Below, one piece after another: positions 11,701 through 25,511 of a stretch of DNA of 64,000 nt (position 1 is its first letter; every line of letters begins with the position of its first letter). The DNA lies in assembly GCA_050298595.1 (NCBI GenBank), contig JBNKUM010000048.1, forward strand, positions 63,843-127,842, read 5' to 3'. Position numbers and translations under genes: made by a program. The notes under the pieces are model-generated. The model searched no databases and was not told where the DNA came from. It worked only from the letters and a program-made list of their open reading frames with translations. This DNA is from Gammaproteobacteria bacterium (GTDB lineage: Bacteria > Pseudomonadota > Gammaproteobacteria > GCA-001735895).

Positions 11701-13735
11701 TGAAAAACTTGTTTTCCCTGGCTTTTGACGGTTTCGCCTTAAGCTCAAAACCACTCACTGACACGATACGAAACCAGGGCAGATTACGGGTTTCTTTATG
11801 GCTCAATGTTTTGCTTACATCCGTACTACTGGCAATCTTCTCAAATGGGCCATCTTCAGTGGCCGCTGCCTGGATTTCATAAGATGCAATTAATGGGCTT
11901 TGAGTACTGTCCCACTGTAATGTGACCTGTGACTTATTAGCCGATACCTGCAGTCCAAAAGCGGCATCGGGGGGCTCCAGATAATCGAAACGGAATAGCT
12001 GCTTTAGTCCGGTATCGTTGATATATATACTATTTCTGTCAGTGGACGCGACAGACATGGATTCGGCGTTATCGAAGAATGCAGGCGTACCATTTTCAGC
12101 ACCTGAACCGAATTCGAGTACCTGCTGATGGTCCTGATAAACCCTGACGCTGAAATCATTAATATCAGAGCTAAGTAGAGCATACAGACGGTCTTGCTGA
12201 TCTATATCCAGCGCATAAATTTTTGTAGCCTTGTGTGATGAATCTTCGGTGTAGCCTATGGAAGCTATAAGCTTAAGACTGGCATCGAACACACGGATCA
12301 TTGGATGACTGCCCGCTTCCGCGACATACAGGTTTTGCTGACTATCTACTGCCAGTGGCCCGACAGTTTTAAAGGTCTCATCCAAACCACCCTTGATTTG
12401 CGCAATAAACTGGCCATCCTGAGCAAAAATCTGCACCCGGTTATTGCCCTTATCCGCAACATAAACCTTATTGTGTGCCGTAAATACGTGTATCGGTTTA
12501 TCAAATGCCCCCTCAGCAATGCCATAACGCCCAACGGAATAGATTTTTTTCCCTGCATGGGTATAGGTATGCAGCACGTTTTTGGATAATACGGCTACCA
12601 TTTGCGGCCCACTATGTAAGGTAGTGATGCTCTTCAGACCCTTGGCAAATTGACCAACCTCCTTGCCCTGTGCTGAAAGAATGGTAATCGATTTGGCATC
12701 CGGTTTAATACACAGAGTTTGGTTATTGATAAAAGCATGTACCGAACGGCAGTTACTGGCAATCTTCTGGCCTAACTGGAGTAATCCGCTGTGAAGCGGT
12801 GTATTATATTTTTTTTGCTCCAGTTGATAGATTTCGACCTTTTTATTGACTTTATCCAGCACCGCCAACTGGCCCTGATTATTGACTGATAAACGGGCTA
12901 TATTCCGGTACTGGCCACGTGACTGTCCCAGTGAGCCAAAACGGTTAAGTATCTTATCCTGCTGCCAGTCGTAGCTGAATATCTGTTTGCTATTATCATC
13001 TGCCAGATAGATCAATCCATTTAAATCGGCGGTCATTGCACTAAAATCGATACTGGATCCCAACTGTTTGGCGATAGCTTTGGTATTCAGTTGTTTGATC
13101 AGGCGACCATCAGCCGCATAGATTCCCACTCGGTTCGCGTCACCAGATTCCAGCACATAGATATTCTCATGCGCATCAAGCGCTATATGAGTCGGTCTGG
13201 AAAGATCGGTTTTCCTGCGATCATGATGGCCAAAATGCTGTAGAAAAAGCCCCTGATCATTGAAAACAGAGATACGATGGTTATCCCGGTCAGCTATATA
13301 AATACGCTTATTGACAGAAACAACCAGGTCAACGGGGTCATCAATTTCACCCGCATCATCACCAGATTTTGAAAACTGGAGCAATCTGCTGCTGGCATTG
13401 CTATCGGTAATCACGACACTATTACTGTCACGATCTGCTATCACCAGACGTCCATCGCTCATCTGGTCAATGCCTGACACATCGTCATCCTTGAGTATTG
13501 TAGGGGTCAGAGCTATTTTTTCAAAAGAATCACCCTGCTGTCTTAGCAGTACGCCATCTTCACTGGAAGTAAGCAGTACCTGACCTGAGTTATTCATTCT
13601 CAGCCCTTCTGCCTTTTTGATAAAATCCTGCATGGACTTATCATCCAGCATGTGCGTTATAGTCTGCGCCTGTAGGAAAAACGTGCAGGTCACTAACACA
13701 AAGAACACGGAAAACCGAAACATGAGTGAACGCAT
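8774..13735 (-). CDS. 1653-aa secreted NHL-propeller/FN3/TPR/transglutaminase-like protein
   Basis: Signal peptide; NHL repeats (IYIADRDNHRISVF, VYVADKGNNRVQIF); FN3-like VTLQWD..SYEI; long TPR array; QFPRETLKLKSGDCDDLS..PGHL..WIPVEAT; terminal TPRs. Confidence 0.85.
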   Translation of the reverse strand: MRSLMFRFSVFFVLVTCTFFLQAQTITHMLDDKSMQDFIKKAEGLRMNNSGQVLLTSSEDGVLLRQQGDSFEKIALTPTILKDDDVSGIDQMSDGRLVIADRDSNSVVITDSNASSRLLQFSKSGDDAGEIDDPVDLVVSVNKRIYIADRDNHRISVFNDQGLFLQHFGHHDRRKTDLSRPTHIALDAHENIYVLESGDANRVGIYAADGRLIKQLNTKAIAKQLGSSIDFSAMTADLNGLIYLADDNSKQIFSYDWQQDKILNRFGSLGQSRGQYRNIARLSVNNQGQLAVLDKVNKKVEIYQLEQKKYNTPLHSGLLQLGQKIASNCRSVHAFINNQTLCIKPDAKSITILSAQGKEVGQFAKGLKSITTLHSGPQMVAVLSKNVLHTYTHAGKKIYSVGRYGIAEGAFDKPIHVFTAHNKVYVADKGNNRVQIFAQDGQFIAQIKGGLDETFKTVGPLAVDSQQNLYVAEAGSHPMIRVFDASLKLIASIGYTEDSSHKATKIYALDIDQQDRLYALLSSDINDFSVRVYQDHQQVLEFGSGAENGTPAFFDNAESMSVASTDRNSIYINDTGLKQLFRFDYLEPPDAAFGLQVSANKSQVTLQWDSTQSPLIASYEIQAAATEDGPFEKIASSTDVSKTLSHKETRNLPWFRIVSVSGFELKAKPSKARENKFFKLDKLYQAKQYDKAIALAEQLLKTAPDNADTLLIKADSELSSGQQQAAISSFVQLQKYPQYKNIAIRKQVQAYFELEQYLDAKALIDQVLATQPKEADPYLICTQLSIQINDAIGAVTCAEDGLALHPQHARLRYLLGKAYLIAGIPDSALPEFQTVIKNHPKDNTTRLLIADELMQLKQYKEALTHYSYVSKAEPGSGKAAVGKANALLKLNRDDEAKAIAVKLSAQKKTQGEGYYVLGKISVKQQKYTEAILRLTRASKITPKNIDAWLTLAGAYVELNQLPRAVSALKKGASANPESFQLFEMAGRLELEQEHFPEANEYLDVAVRLNKQSLAANKLYARSLFSSRNYRTAATYAERAARIAPRDIEVLTLQADIADRQGKVGSAIEFLKTAISIEPASPQLQYQLGRVYQNANLFDASREHLEKAAGINPSWADPHVAMGQLFTKRRLFDEAIQSFEKAVSLDPSDNNRAMLNSAFAEKKKSMEFKSNAPQLQLSDLNLQHVFSAAYKQYANKPIGSVTLKNVSTTEYGNLQLSFQIREYMDFPVTQEIPLIKGKQTQQYDFRVTFNNKILEVDEDTGVQVEVKLIFSRDGQKDSIRLTQPMTIYGKNAMVWGNPQMVGSFVTPKDDTLRNFVRTVINEYQPKAGPLNDKLVAAMTYFSSINAIGTRYIVDPNTPYSSLREDQVDYVQFPRETLKLKSGDCDDLSVLLSAGLENLGIETVLLEVPGHLLMMFNTGLDAEDAGLISRDRSLLAINQDKVWIPVEATMVGASFNEAWAEGARKYQKALSENKLGIIELKKAWQQYPPVTLSKANYSIDLPPQARTASLVKTAQNQLLNKSIDRVILPYQSMIVNNPKDIRARLQIAILYTRYGLFDDAQLAFDALLELAPDDSAVHSNLGNLYLLSEKYDKAIESYQKAVKLDDKDGGILLNLSMANYRKGDVKTAATLFANAVAIKPELKTSYSAYGKLLNQ

Positions 13736-14255
13736 TATCTATCTCCCCTGATATTTTTTTCTAATACGCACACACAAGCGTATACCAAAATCATGACATA
13801 ATGAAAATTATAGCGTAATGCCCAGGTTTATTAGGAAATAATATTGTCAGGGCTTAATCTACATAAAAGAATGGACAGATTTTCGGATAAGGAACCTGAT
13901 TAACAATAGAGGTGCTGTGCAAGTAGCTGATAATTCCTTTTATTTTATCAACCTAAACAAATTAGTAGAGCCTGCCGAATATTAAAACTAGCACAGGATT
14001 TTTTTGATTGAAGGTTATCTGGAAGTTATGTCGGAGGCTTTGGAATTAAACCTGCCGATATCCGCAGGCTTGCTGCCAGTAAGACATGTAAGTTCATTAT
14101 AGGGACCTGCTTACGCCTATGCTTTGGTAAAGCTTTACGCCACACACTCGACTCTGACCCAAATATATTTGATCGCTTAAGTATGATGAGTCAGGTAATA
14201 TCCGGAGTCAGTGATGAAGCATCTAGAATGATCGAACTACCAGGATAATAAGCAA

Positions 14256-15419
14256 ATGATAACTAACTCCGTAATACAAACCCTGGGGCGACGTCTACGC
14301 CTGGGTATTATTGGTGGTGGGCCCGGTTCATTTATCGGACATGTGCACCGTGCAGCAGCTCTGCTTGAAGGACAGTATGAAGTCGTAGCCGGAGTGTTCT
14401 CCTCAGATCCTCAGCGTTCTCTTGAAGCGGCCAGGAATCTGAGTATTAAGCGAGGTTATGCCGAAGCTGAAGAAATGATAAAGACTGAAGCGGAGCTAAC
14501 TGATGGCATTGACGTGCTGGCTATCATGACACCCAACAACAGTCACTACGCCCTGGCCTGCTCTGCGCTGGATCATGGCTTTCATGTTGTATGTGAAAAG
14601 CCTTTAACCAATACCGTGCCCGAAGCACTCGATCTGGTTGAGCGAGTCGCTAAAGCCAGACGCCAGTTTTGTGTCGCCTATGCCTATACTGGTTTTCCAA
14701 TGATACGTCAGGCACGAGCGATGGTTGAAGCGGATGAAATCGGCGACATTCGTATGGTTCAATGTGAGTATATTCAGGGACATTTAGCAAAGTTAACTGA
14801 GGCAGAACAAATAGGTGAAAACTGGCATACAAATCCAGATATCTCGGGGCCGTCACTGATCCTTGGTGATATAGCCACGCATAGTTATCACCTGGCCGCA
14901 TTTGTCACCCAAATGCTACCTACAGAACTGAGTGCAGAGGTAACCAGCATTGTGCCCGGACGAGAATCACACGATTACTCTGCAATTCTCACACGCTACG
15001 AAAACAATGCGCGTGGCATATTCTGGGTTACTCAGGCGGCAGCTGGCGGCGTGCATGGTTTACATCTGCGTATTTTCGGTAGCAAGGGTGGACTCGAATG
15101 GCATCAGGAGCAGCCTAATCAGTTGATTGTTAGAAAACTGGATGCTCCCGCCTGTACGCTGGAAAAAGGCGGACCCGGTCTGCATGAGGCAGCTAAGCGT
15201 GTAAGCCGAATTGCCATTGGACACCCCGAAGGTTATCAGGAAGCTTTTGCCAGTCTGTATAGCGATCTGGCTGAAGCGATTGTTGCCCAGGCCACAAATA
15301 CTGCGCCGAATCCACTGGCCCTATGGTTCCCGAGTGTGCAGGAAGGTGCACAAGGGGTTCAGTTTGTTAAGATGGCGTTAGAGTCTAGCAATCAAAATGG
15401 TGCCTGGGTCAAGCACTGA
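14256..15419 (+). CDS. Gfo/Idh/MocA family oxidoreductase
   Basis: LGIIGGGPGSFIG, TPNNSH, CEKP, GDIATH, GHPEGY motifs. Confidence 0.92.
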   Translation: MITNSVIQTLGRRLRLGIIGGGPGSFIGHVHRAAALLEGQYEVVAGVFSSDPQRSLEAARNLSIKRGYAEAEEMIKTEAELTDGIDVLAIMTPNNSHYALACSALDHGFHVVCEKPLTNTVPEALDLVERVAKARRQFCVAYAYTGFPMIRQARAMVEADEIGDIRMVQCEYIQGHLAKLTEAEQIGENWHTNPDISGPSLILGDIATHSYHLAAFVTQMLPTELSAEVTSIVPGRESHDYSAILTRYENNARGIFWVTQAAAGGVHGLHLRIFGSKGGLEWHQEQPNQLIVRKLDAPACTLEKGGPGLHEAAKRVSRIAIGHPEGYQEAFASLYSDLAEAIVAQATNTAPNPLALWFPSVQEGAQGVQFVKMALESSNQNGAWVKH

Positions 15420-15550
15420 GATTGTTAAACCCTGAATCCGCAGTTGGACGAGTTGTACTGCGTTTGCGGTGGTGTAGATCAAGGCATGACAACGCGGAAT
15501 AGCATGCTATTCCAGGGAGCTACAAAGCTGCCGCGTCCTGCTCACGCCCC

Positions 15551-15715
15551 TTACCTATCATCAGGGTTCAACGAAAGGAGCTGACGTATCTTGTCATAAT
15601 TGGCCCTGCCATCAGTCTCTATTTTTCCTGTATCAGCCTTGATTTGTTCGATCTCGGCCTTCCAGTCGTCAATGCGCTTTTGCATGAGTTCCTGATTGTC
15701 TTCACGTACTGTCAT
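15551..15715 (-). pseudogene. Short coiled-coil protein, probably a truncated remnant (54 aa)
   Basis: AAGGAG RBS followed by MTVREDNQELMQKRIDDWKAEIEQIKADTGKIETDGRANYDK, resembling small 'LDEWKAEID' coiled-coil proteins, with an early stop. Confidence 0.45.
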
Positions 15716-15791
15716 GATATTGCTCCTTCAACAGGCTTAGTTTGGCTGTTAGTATGAGCCACCATAGATAAAGCAACCCGAAGCGCATGTC

Positions 15792-15807
15792 TGTACGCTA
15801 TCGCACA
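15792..15807. promoter_or_regulatory. Imperfect palindrome TGTACG-N4-CGCACA, possible regulator site
   Basis: Dyad symmetry about 80 bp upstream of the small ORF at 15715. Confidence 0.3.
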
Positions 15808-15933
15808 TGGATATGCATAGCATCAAACTCCGTCTGCTCTCTGATTGCCTGTAATTCAGCGCAGGTTTTCGCTCTACGTAATTTTAAACCTAATAAGTAG
15901 TAAGTGTTTTTTATCATTGTAAGCACACACCCT

Positions 15934-16818
15934 TTAGCTCTGCCCCAGTGCTTCGAAACCTGAAATCACATCAAACAGTTCCTCATCGATACCACTCTGG
16001 CGCAGGCGGTGGAAGGTTCGATTTAGATCTTCCTGTAATTCATTTATATTTTTTTCCGCGCGTTGCATGGCGGCGAGACGGCTGGCATTTTCACTGGCTA
16101 AAGATTCAGCGCAGGCGCGGAAAAGCGTGACAAAAAGATATTCACGCACTAGCGCGCGTAAGGTTCTTTCCCGGTTGCCCATCACCTGTGGCAGGTTTTC
16201 TGTTGGCCAGGGAATGTTGGCCAGATTATGTAGCCAGGTTTCATCCAGCGGCAGCAGTTGCTGACTTGCGGGACGATAAATCGATCCGCTCTGCGGGTGA
16301 TTATGAAACAGGTAAACCTGTTCTATGAGCCCCTGTTCGCGCTGTGCTTCCATTTCGATCAGAATCTGCCCTACCAGTGCTGCAATCGCATTAATCGAAT
16401 TGGGCAGAGCAAAACCTCCCATTGTGTTCAGATCGGTTTCTGCAAGGCGCGACTGAATACGTGCACCCACCGCCCAGACCTTTTTTTTACCCGCTAGTTT
16501 TACCAGCGTATCTACAGCGTAGTCCACCATGATCTCATTAAACTGACCGACCAGGCCCTGATCAGAACCAAATACGATTGCGCCAATGGGTGTCTGCTTT
16601 TGCGGTTTTATTGGCGCGTTAACACCCAGTGATTTATCTTCCCGGAAGCATGCGGCGACACCCAGTTGTACCGTTCGATAATAATCATCCAGTGAATGCA
16701 CCGCTTTCTCGTACTGACCGATGCTGGATGCCGCCATCGCTTTCATTGTACGCACAACGGATTCCAGCTCTTTTGCACTGGCAATCTGGTGACGCAGGCT
16801 GGCGACGCTATCGCTCAT
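15934..16818 (-). CDS. atpG: N-ATPase gamma subunit
   Basis: [46 protein letters not shown]. Confidence 0.95.
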   Translation of the reverse strand: MSDSVASLRHQIASAKELESVVRTMKAMAASSIGQYEKAVHSLDDYYRTVQLGVAACFREDKSLGVNAPIKPQKQTPIGAIVFGSDQGLVGQFNEIMVDYAVDTLVKLAGKKKVWAVGARIQSRLAETDLNTMGGFALPNSINAIAALVGQILIEMEAQREQGLIEQVYLFHNHPQSGSIYRPASQQLLPLDETWLHNLANIPWPTENLPQVMGNRERTLRALVREYLFVTLFRACAESLASENASRLAAMQRAEKNINELQEDLNRTFHRLRQSGIDEELFDVISGFEALGQS

Positions 16819-18356
16819 GATTTTTCTGTCGGCTCAGCTTGAAAACTGGTGAGTGCATTGCTGGCAATTTTAATAATCGCAGCCCGATCCTCATCGCTCA
16901 GTTTTTTTGCGCTGTCAAATCGCTCGCACAGCGCCTGCGAAATATCTGCGGCTGCCTCACGCACGGCCTGCTGCGCGGCTGTCATCTGTTCAAGTGGCAC
17001 GTCGTCAAACAGATTGGCCGTCAGCGCCTGTAACACGGCAATCTGCTCTGCAGTGGAAAGCGGATCAAATTCCTGCTGTTTGAGACAGGCACGGATGCGT
17101 CGACCGTGTTCAAGAATTTTACGGGTATTATCATCCAGCCGGGCACCAAAGCGGGCAAAGGTTTCCATCTCTTCGAACTGGGCATAGGATAGTTTGAGAT
17201 CGCCCGCCACAGCGCGGTAGGCGGCGCGTTGGGCCTTACCACCAACACGTGAAACCGACTTACCCACGTCTACCGCAGGTAACACACCCAGTTCAAACAG
17301 CGATGGCGAGAGGTAAATTTGTCCATCAGTAATGGAAATCAGATTGGTCGGAATATAGGCGGAAATATCCTGCGCTTCGGTTTCGACTATCGGTAATGCC
17401 GTCATCGAACCCGCGCCGAGATCCTGGCTAAGATGTGTGGCGCGTTCCAGAAGGCGTGAATGTATATAGAAAATATCTCCGGGAAACGCTTCACGACCGG
17501 GTGGACGACGCAGCAATAAAGATAGCTCACGATAGGCCCGAGCATGATGTGTCAGGTCGTCATAAACAATCAGTACATCTCGCCCCTGCTGCATGAAGTA
17601 TTCCGCAATGCTGGTCGCTGCATAAGGTGCCACATAAGCGAGGCCGGGAGGATCATTGCCTTCGGTAACCACCACTACGGTGTATTCCAGCGCACCCTGT
17701 TCGCGCAATGTAGCGATCACCTTAGCGACGCCCGAGGCGCGCTGACCGATGGCACAATACACACACAACACATTTTTATCACGCTGATTGAGTATAGTGT
17801 CGAGCGCGATGGCGGTCTTGCCGGTCTGCCGATCACCGAGAATTAATTCACGCTGACCGCGGCCTACCGGAATCAGTGCATCTATGACCTTGATACCGCT
17901 TTGCAGCGGTTCAGTGACCGGTTCACGATCCAGTATAGCGGGCGCAGGACGTTCAATCGGCAGGCGTTCACTGGCAACCACCCTGCCCTTGCCATCCAGC
18001 GGCTGACCCATGGGATTAATAATGCGTCCAAGCAATCCATCGCCCACCGGCACATCCACCACGTGCCCGCTGCGTTCAACTTCATCGCCCGCATGTAAGT
18101 GCCAGTATTCACCCAGCAGTACCACACCGATTTCATCTTCATCAACATTAAAGGCAATACCATAAATATCGCCGGGGAATTTAATCACTTCCTCAAAACC
18201 GACACCGGGTAGACCGGACACCTTGGCAATGCCGGTAGCAATACTGGTAATACTGCCAACCTCGCGTGGCTGCAAAGCCGGCACAAAAGATTCGCGCGCC
18301 TGGCTTATGCCAGAGAAGGCCGCATCGAATACATTATGCAGCGTGTCAGGCGCCAT
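16815..18356 (-). CDS. atpA: N-ATPase alpha subunit
   Basis: [41 protein letters not shown]. Confidence 0.97.
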   Translation of the reverse strand: MAPDTLHNVFDAAFSGISQARESFVPALQPREVGSITSIATGIAKVSGLPGVGFEEVIKFPGDIYGIAFNVDEDEIGVVLLGEYWHLHAGDEVERSGHVVDVPVGDGLLGRIINPMGQPLDGKGRVVASERLPIERPAPAILDREPVTEPLQSGIKVIDALIPVGRGQRELILGDRQTGKTAIALDTILNQRDKNVLCVYCAIGQRASGVAKVIATLREQGALEYTVVVVTEGNDPPGLAYVAPYAATSIAEYFMQQGRDVLIVYDDLTHHARAYRELSLLLRRPPGREAFPGDIFYIHSRLLERATHLSQDLGAGSMTALPIVETEAQDISAYIPTNLISITDGQIYLSPSLFELGVLPAVDVGKSVSRVGGKAQRAAYRAVAGDLKLSYAQFEEMETFARFGARLDDNTRKILEHGRRIRACLKQQEFDPLSTAEQIAVLQALTANLFDDVPLEQMTAAQQAVREAAADISQALCERFDSAKKLSDEDRAAIIKIASNALTSFQAEPTEKS

Positions 18357-19176
18357 CTGATTTTACATCCTGCGTCGAATTCGCTGCCTTATCCCTGGCT
18401 TGCGTACTTTCAGTTTGGGTATTCGCCTTCAGCAGAGCGTCGACACTGTTTGCCAGTGAGGTTAGATAATCAGCAATACTCCAGGCGATCTTGTGGCCAC
18501 TGCAACTGAGTTCGATCCCACTCACCAGCTCTGGCACGATATCGAACTTGATGTGTTTATCCTTACCCAGAATTTCCCCGATAAGCGTTTCAATATCGCT
18601 GCATTGTTGCGCTGGCAGTTCAAAGGCTGTGCGTATCAGCAGTGGATCGGACGATGTTTTAAATGCCGATTTCAACTCAAGCCTCTGCTTATCGTTCAAC
18701 TCACGCAAACGATCAAGGAAGATCTCCGTCATGCGTTGTTCCAGGCTTGTTGCGGCAAGATCAGACAGTGCCTTGCGAGCAATCGCGAATACTTCTTCGC
18801 GTGCGCGGCGGCTAAGCTCTTCGTTCAGGCTAAGCTGTTCGTTTGTTAACGCCTGCTGCAACCTGGCGCGCAAATCCTCAGACTCCTGTCGTGCTGCATC
18901 CAGTAACTGCTCACGCTCTGTTTTGGCCGCTTGTAGCATCTCATTCATGTGTGCGTTGCGTTGCTGATCGAATTCCTCGTTTTTCTGCTGAAACGCATCG
19001 CGTTGTTTCTGCGCCTCGCTTTCTTTTGCCTCGGCATCGGCAATTTTTGTCGCTATGCGTTGTTCACGTGCGTCAATCGCATCGAGAATTGGCTGGTACA
19101 GAAATCGCTTAAGCAACCACACCAGAATGAGGAAGTTGATAACCTGCGCAACAACGGTAAACCAGTCGATCAACAT
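18346..19176 (-). CDS. atpF: N-ATPase b subunit with delta-like C-terminal extension
   Basis: [29 protein letters not shown], coiled coil, C-terminal GIEL..IAWS. Confidence 0.93.
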   Translation of the reverse strand: MLIDWFTVVAQVINFLILVWLLKRFLYQPILDAIDAREQRIATKIADAEAKESEAQKQRDAFQQKNEEFDQQRNAHMNEMLQAAKTEREQLLDAARQESEDLRARLQQALTNEQLSLNEELSRRAREEVFAIARKALSDLAATSLEQRMTEIFLDRLRELNDKQRLELKSAFKTSSDPLLIRTAFELPAQQCSDIETLIGEILGKDKHIKFDIVPELVSGIELSCSGHKIAWSIADYLTSLANSVDALLKANTQTESTQARDKAANSTQDVKSDGA

Positions 19177-19179
19177 GGT

Positions 19180-19461
19180 CTATTTTCCCACCGCCTGATC
19201 GATAACATAATTCCAGAATGGATTGGCAAAAATCAGGATCATCGAGACCACGAAGCAGTAAATTGCCGTGGACTCAATCATCGCCAGACCGACAAACAGC
19301 GTGCGGGTAATGGTGGCGGACGCATCGGGTTGCTGCGCGAGCGAGGTGAGCGCCGTTGCCACTGCCCTGCCTTCGCCCAGTGAAGGTCCGATAACCCCGA
19401 TGGCAATAGTAATACCTGCGGTGAATATTGATACCATCGCAATAATAGTCAGGCTGTCCAT
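19180..19461 (-). CDS. atpE: N-ATPase c subunit with Na+-type ligand set
   Basis: Start at MDSLT after GGAG; GPSLGEG, QQPDA, ESTAIY. Confidence 0.95.
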   Translation of the reverse strand: MDSLTIIAMVSIFTAGITIAIGVIGPSLGEGRAVATALTSLAQQPDASATITRTLFVGLAMIESTAIYCFVVSMILIFANPFWNYVIDQAVGK

Positions 19462-19492
19462 AATATCTCCGTTAAGTGTGGTAATTGATGTT

Positions 19493-20200
19493 TCAATGTG
19501 TGCTTTCCGATTCGTTGTTGTGTTCTGGTCTGTCTTCGCGCACTCTTGTGGCCGCAGCAATATAAACCGTGGCCAGAATGCTGAAGATGTACGCCTGCAC
19601 CATACCAGTCAACAGACCCAGCGCACTCATCACGAGTGGAAAAAGATAGGGTGTGATGGTCAGCAAAATGGCGAGGATCATGGTGCCACTCATCATGTTG
19701 CCAAACAGACGTACAGCCAGCGCCAGGGTACGTGAGATCTCACTGATGATATTAAATGGCAACATGATCAGCGTCGGTTTCAGATAGCTGCTCAGGTATT
19801 CACCCACTCCGCTCGCTTCGATGCCAAACATTGGCACTGCCACAAACACGCAGATTGCCAGCGCGGTGGTGGTGGAGAGCGAACCGGTAGGTGGTTCATA
19901 GCCAGGTATAATCGTGAACAGGCTCGCCATGGCGACAAACAGAAACAGGGTACCGATAAAGCCGATATATTTATGCGGATTTTTCAGCCCCACCTCTTCG
20001 ATTTGCTGATTAATGCCGGTGACGATAATCTCCATCAGATTCTGCCATCGCGAACGATGATGATCTGTCGATAGATGCCGTGTAATGAGTTTTGAAGCGA
20101 TGACGAGCACCAACATCAACCCCCAGGTGTAAACAATAGTGGCATTGAGTTTAAAAAAGCCTACCTGCCAGTAAATGATATTGTCGGGACTCAGGTTCAT
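19493..20200 (-). CDS. atpB: N-ATPase a subunit
   Basis: PPTGSLSTT, SRTLALAVRLFGNM, QAYIFSILATVYI. Confidence 0.95.
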   Translation of the reverse strand: MNLSPDNIIYWQVGFFKLNATIVYTWGLMLVLVIASKLITRHLSTDHHRSRWQNLMEIIVTGINQQIEEVGLKNPHKYIGFIGTLFLFVAMASLFTIIPGYEPPTGSLSTTTALAICVFVAVPMFGIEASGVGEYLSSYLKPTLIMLPFNIISEISRTLALAVRLFGNMMSGTMILAILLTITPYLFPLVMSALGLLTGMVQAYIFSILATVYIAAATRVREDRPEHNNESESTH

Positions 20201-20206
20201 CAGCCA

Positions 20207-20503
20207 TCAACCATTACTAATGGTTTTTATCTGATCCACAGAGTGCGTGAGCCGGGTTATCATGCTGCGCGCGTTAACAAAACCAATCAGCCCTGCGACC
20301 AGATGTAGCCAGTCATCGTCCAGAATAAAATAGAAGCCCACTATGACAACACTGAAGCGCAGCAACAAACTGCCTAAAAACAATAGCCCAAGCATTTTGC
20401 TCGAGCTAAGCCTACGTACTGTCCACAACAGACCAACGAAAAAAAACACGCCGAGTATGGCGCCCTCTAAAAATGCCAGTAAAAGTTGCAGAATTTCATT
20501 CAT
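20207..20503 (-). CDS. atpR: N-ATPase AtpR subunit
   Basis: Three TM helices, GLLWTVRR, SLLLR; position between atpQ and atpB. Confidence 0.85.
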   Translation of the reverse strand: MNEILQLLLAFLEGAILGVFFFVGLLWTVRRLSSSKMLGLLFLGSLLLRFSVVIVGFYFILDDDWLHLVAGLIGFVNARSMITRLTHSVDQIKTISNG

Positions 20504-20847
20504 GATTATTCTCCTCTTTATTATTCAGGTCTTTATTATTCTGATGAATCTCCTGGTCTTCCTTAACAATCCAGCGCCAGGCAGTAAAACACCCTAGACC
20601 AAGCCCTAAAGTCAGCAGCGCCAGTGTCCATGAATGTTCATCTGGATAACGTTTATCGATCCACAGTCCGAGTGCCGCGCCGAGCAGGGTTGGCATTGCC
20701 ACCGACCAGCCCACCAGACCCATCATACCGAGGCCGGACCACACGGTTTTAGTCACATGTCGTTGCGCCTTCAGTTTGCGCTCTGCCATATCTCCTACCT
20801 GCTGGCTGAATGGGGTTTTGCCTGGGCGCTTTTTGATGTCTGGTTTT

Positions 20848-20855
<8 letters not shown>
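20496..20855 (-). CDS. atpQ: N-ATPase AtpQ (AtpI/AtpZ-like)
   Basis: GLGMMGLVGWSVAMPTLLG..GLWID..SWTL; start at MTEKPD. Confidence 0.85.
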
Positions 20856-24047
<3,192 letters not shown>

Positions 24048-24459
24048 ATGTCCACATCCTGATAAACATTCGGATCCGTTGCGCTGTATGCACCTTCCAG
24101 AAAACTGCTGGCGAGCAAACCCGCTGCGCCATGGTTAAAGCATGTGAAACACGTCCAACCTACCGACTACTGGTTGAAGGTTGCAATGTTATTAATATAG
24201 ATCACAAACAGGGTCAGAGCTATCAGACTTTATCTGGTGAACCCACAAAAAAGGTCGACTTTGCCTTGTCAGATTCAAATCTCTTTACCAGGATGAACAT
24301 TTTTTTGTTTTTCAATAATCTGCTGCGCTTTCATGGTGAGTCGTTTGTACTGGTTTTATGCAAGCTCCAGCCGCTGGCGACCAGCGCCATGAGTTCGCAT
24401 AGCAGGTTGATACCAACATAGGGTCCAAATTTTTCTTAATTTGACACTACCCTATAAAC

Positions 24460-25062
24460 TCATCCACTAATCGCACTGAGTGCTCGAAGTAGATATTTTG
24501 GATTGTGGGCGGGCTCGTACATAGGGTGTACCTTCTTACCAGTATCAAATAACCCATAAACTGCCATTTGCGCAGTGCGAACAGAGTATTCAACGGTAAA
24601 GACACAATCATCGGGTGCTTCAGCAAATTGTCCTAAAAAGGCAAAATTGATGGCTCCATCTGGTATCACTTCTGACCTGTCACCTTTTTCTCTGGGCATA
24701 AAAAGACTATCTATAAACGGCATAGCCACAGGGATACAATTGACCTTTCCGGCTTGTGTAACCGGTTTCATTATGTCTTGAATCTTTAAATGAAAATAAA
24801 GCTCTTCCAGCATTTCAGCACCGTTGCACTCTGCCATTGTTTTGTCTATGTAATTGCCTTTTCCATCTGGATAGAGTCCATAGCCCCAGAAAATCTTGAC
24901 GTCATCAGGCTGGTCTGGAAAGTGAGGTTGTCGTGCTATAACAAATGACATCAACCAGTTGGAATCTGTCAAGGTAACAAGACCGCCTGTTCCATCGACA
25001 TTGCCCGAGAAGTTTTCCATATAATCGTGGAATGTAGAGTCTTTCATAGTTGCGGTAAATGA
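24460..25062 (-). pseudogene. C-terminal fragment of an oleate hydratase (MCRA family)
   Basis: GTGGLVTLTDSNWLMS, QPHFPDQP, FWGYGLYP, NFAFLGQFAE, VFTVEYSVRTA; the N-terminal FAD-binding two-thirds are missing. Confidence 0.85.
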
Positions 25063-25226
25063 AGTTGCGATGTGGCAAAAGCTATACCTTTTGCAGCTGT
25101 TTCCACCCAGACACTTACCTTCAGCTTTGTCCTGTCCCATGGCTGATACATGTAGTGGGGCAACTGATAATAAAGTTACCGCTGTTGCTGCAAGTGCAAC
25201 TCCAGATAATTTTTTTGCTTTTTCAT
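25063..25226 (-). pseudogene. Frameshifted remnant of a small secreted Cys-rich peptide gene (bufferin BufA2-like)
   Basis: GAGGAG RBS and ATG, poly-A frameshift, then AKKLSGVALAATAVTLLSVAP signal peptide and EGKCLGGNSCK..C motif. Confidence 0.55.
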
Positions 25227-25511
25227 ATTACTCCTCACTTTTTTTAATTGCTCCTTCACCTGATGCAGGCAGGAGTATATTTATAAACATTTCATATGTA
25301 TTAAAAACCAGGTTAACGTACTGGATTAGCCATCTTAAAAAAATTCAAAATGGCCTGTGATTCTTCTATTGATAAGGAACTACAAGGGTATGAAAAAATG
25401 TCGCAACCCGCCTGGATGAATGATTATCGATAACGCCGATGATGGAATCCCATCTTCGATTCATGTTATTTAAACGGATGGTTTATTCCTGATCAGGAAC
25501 TGAGCGTCGGT

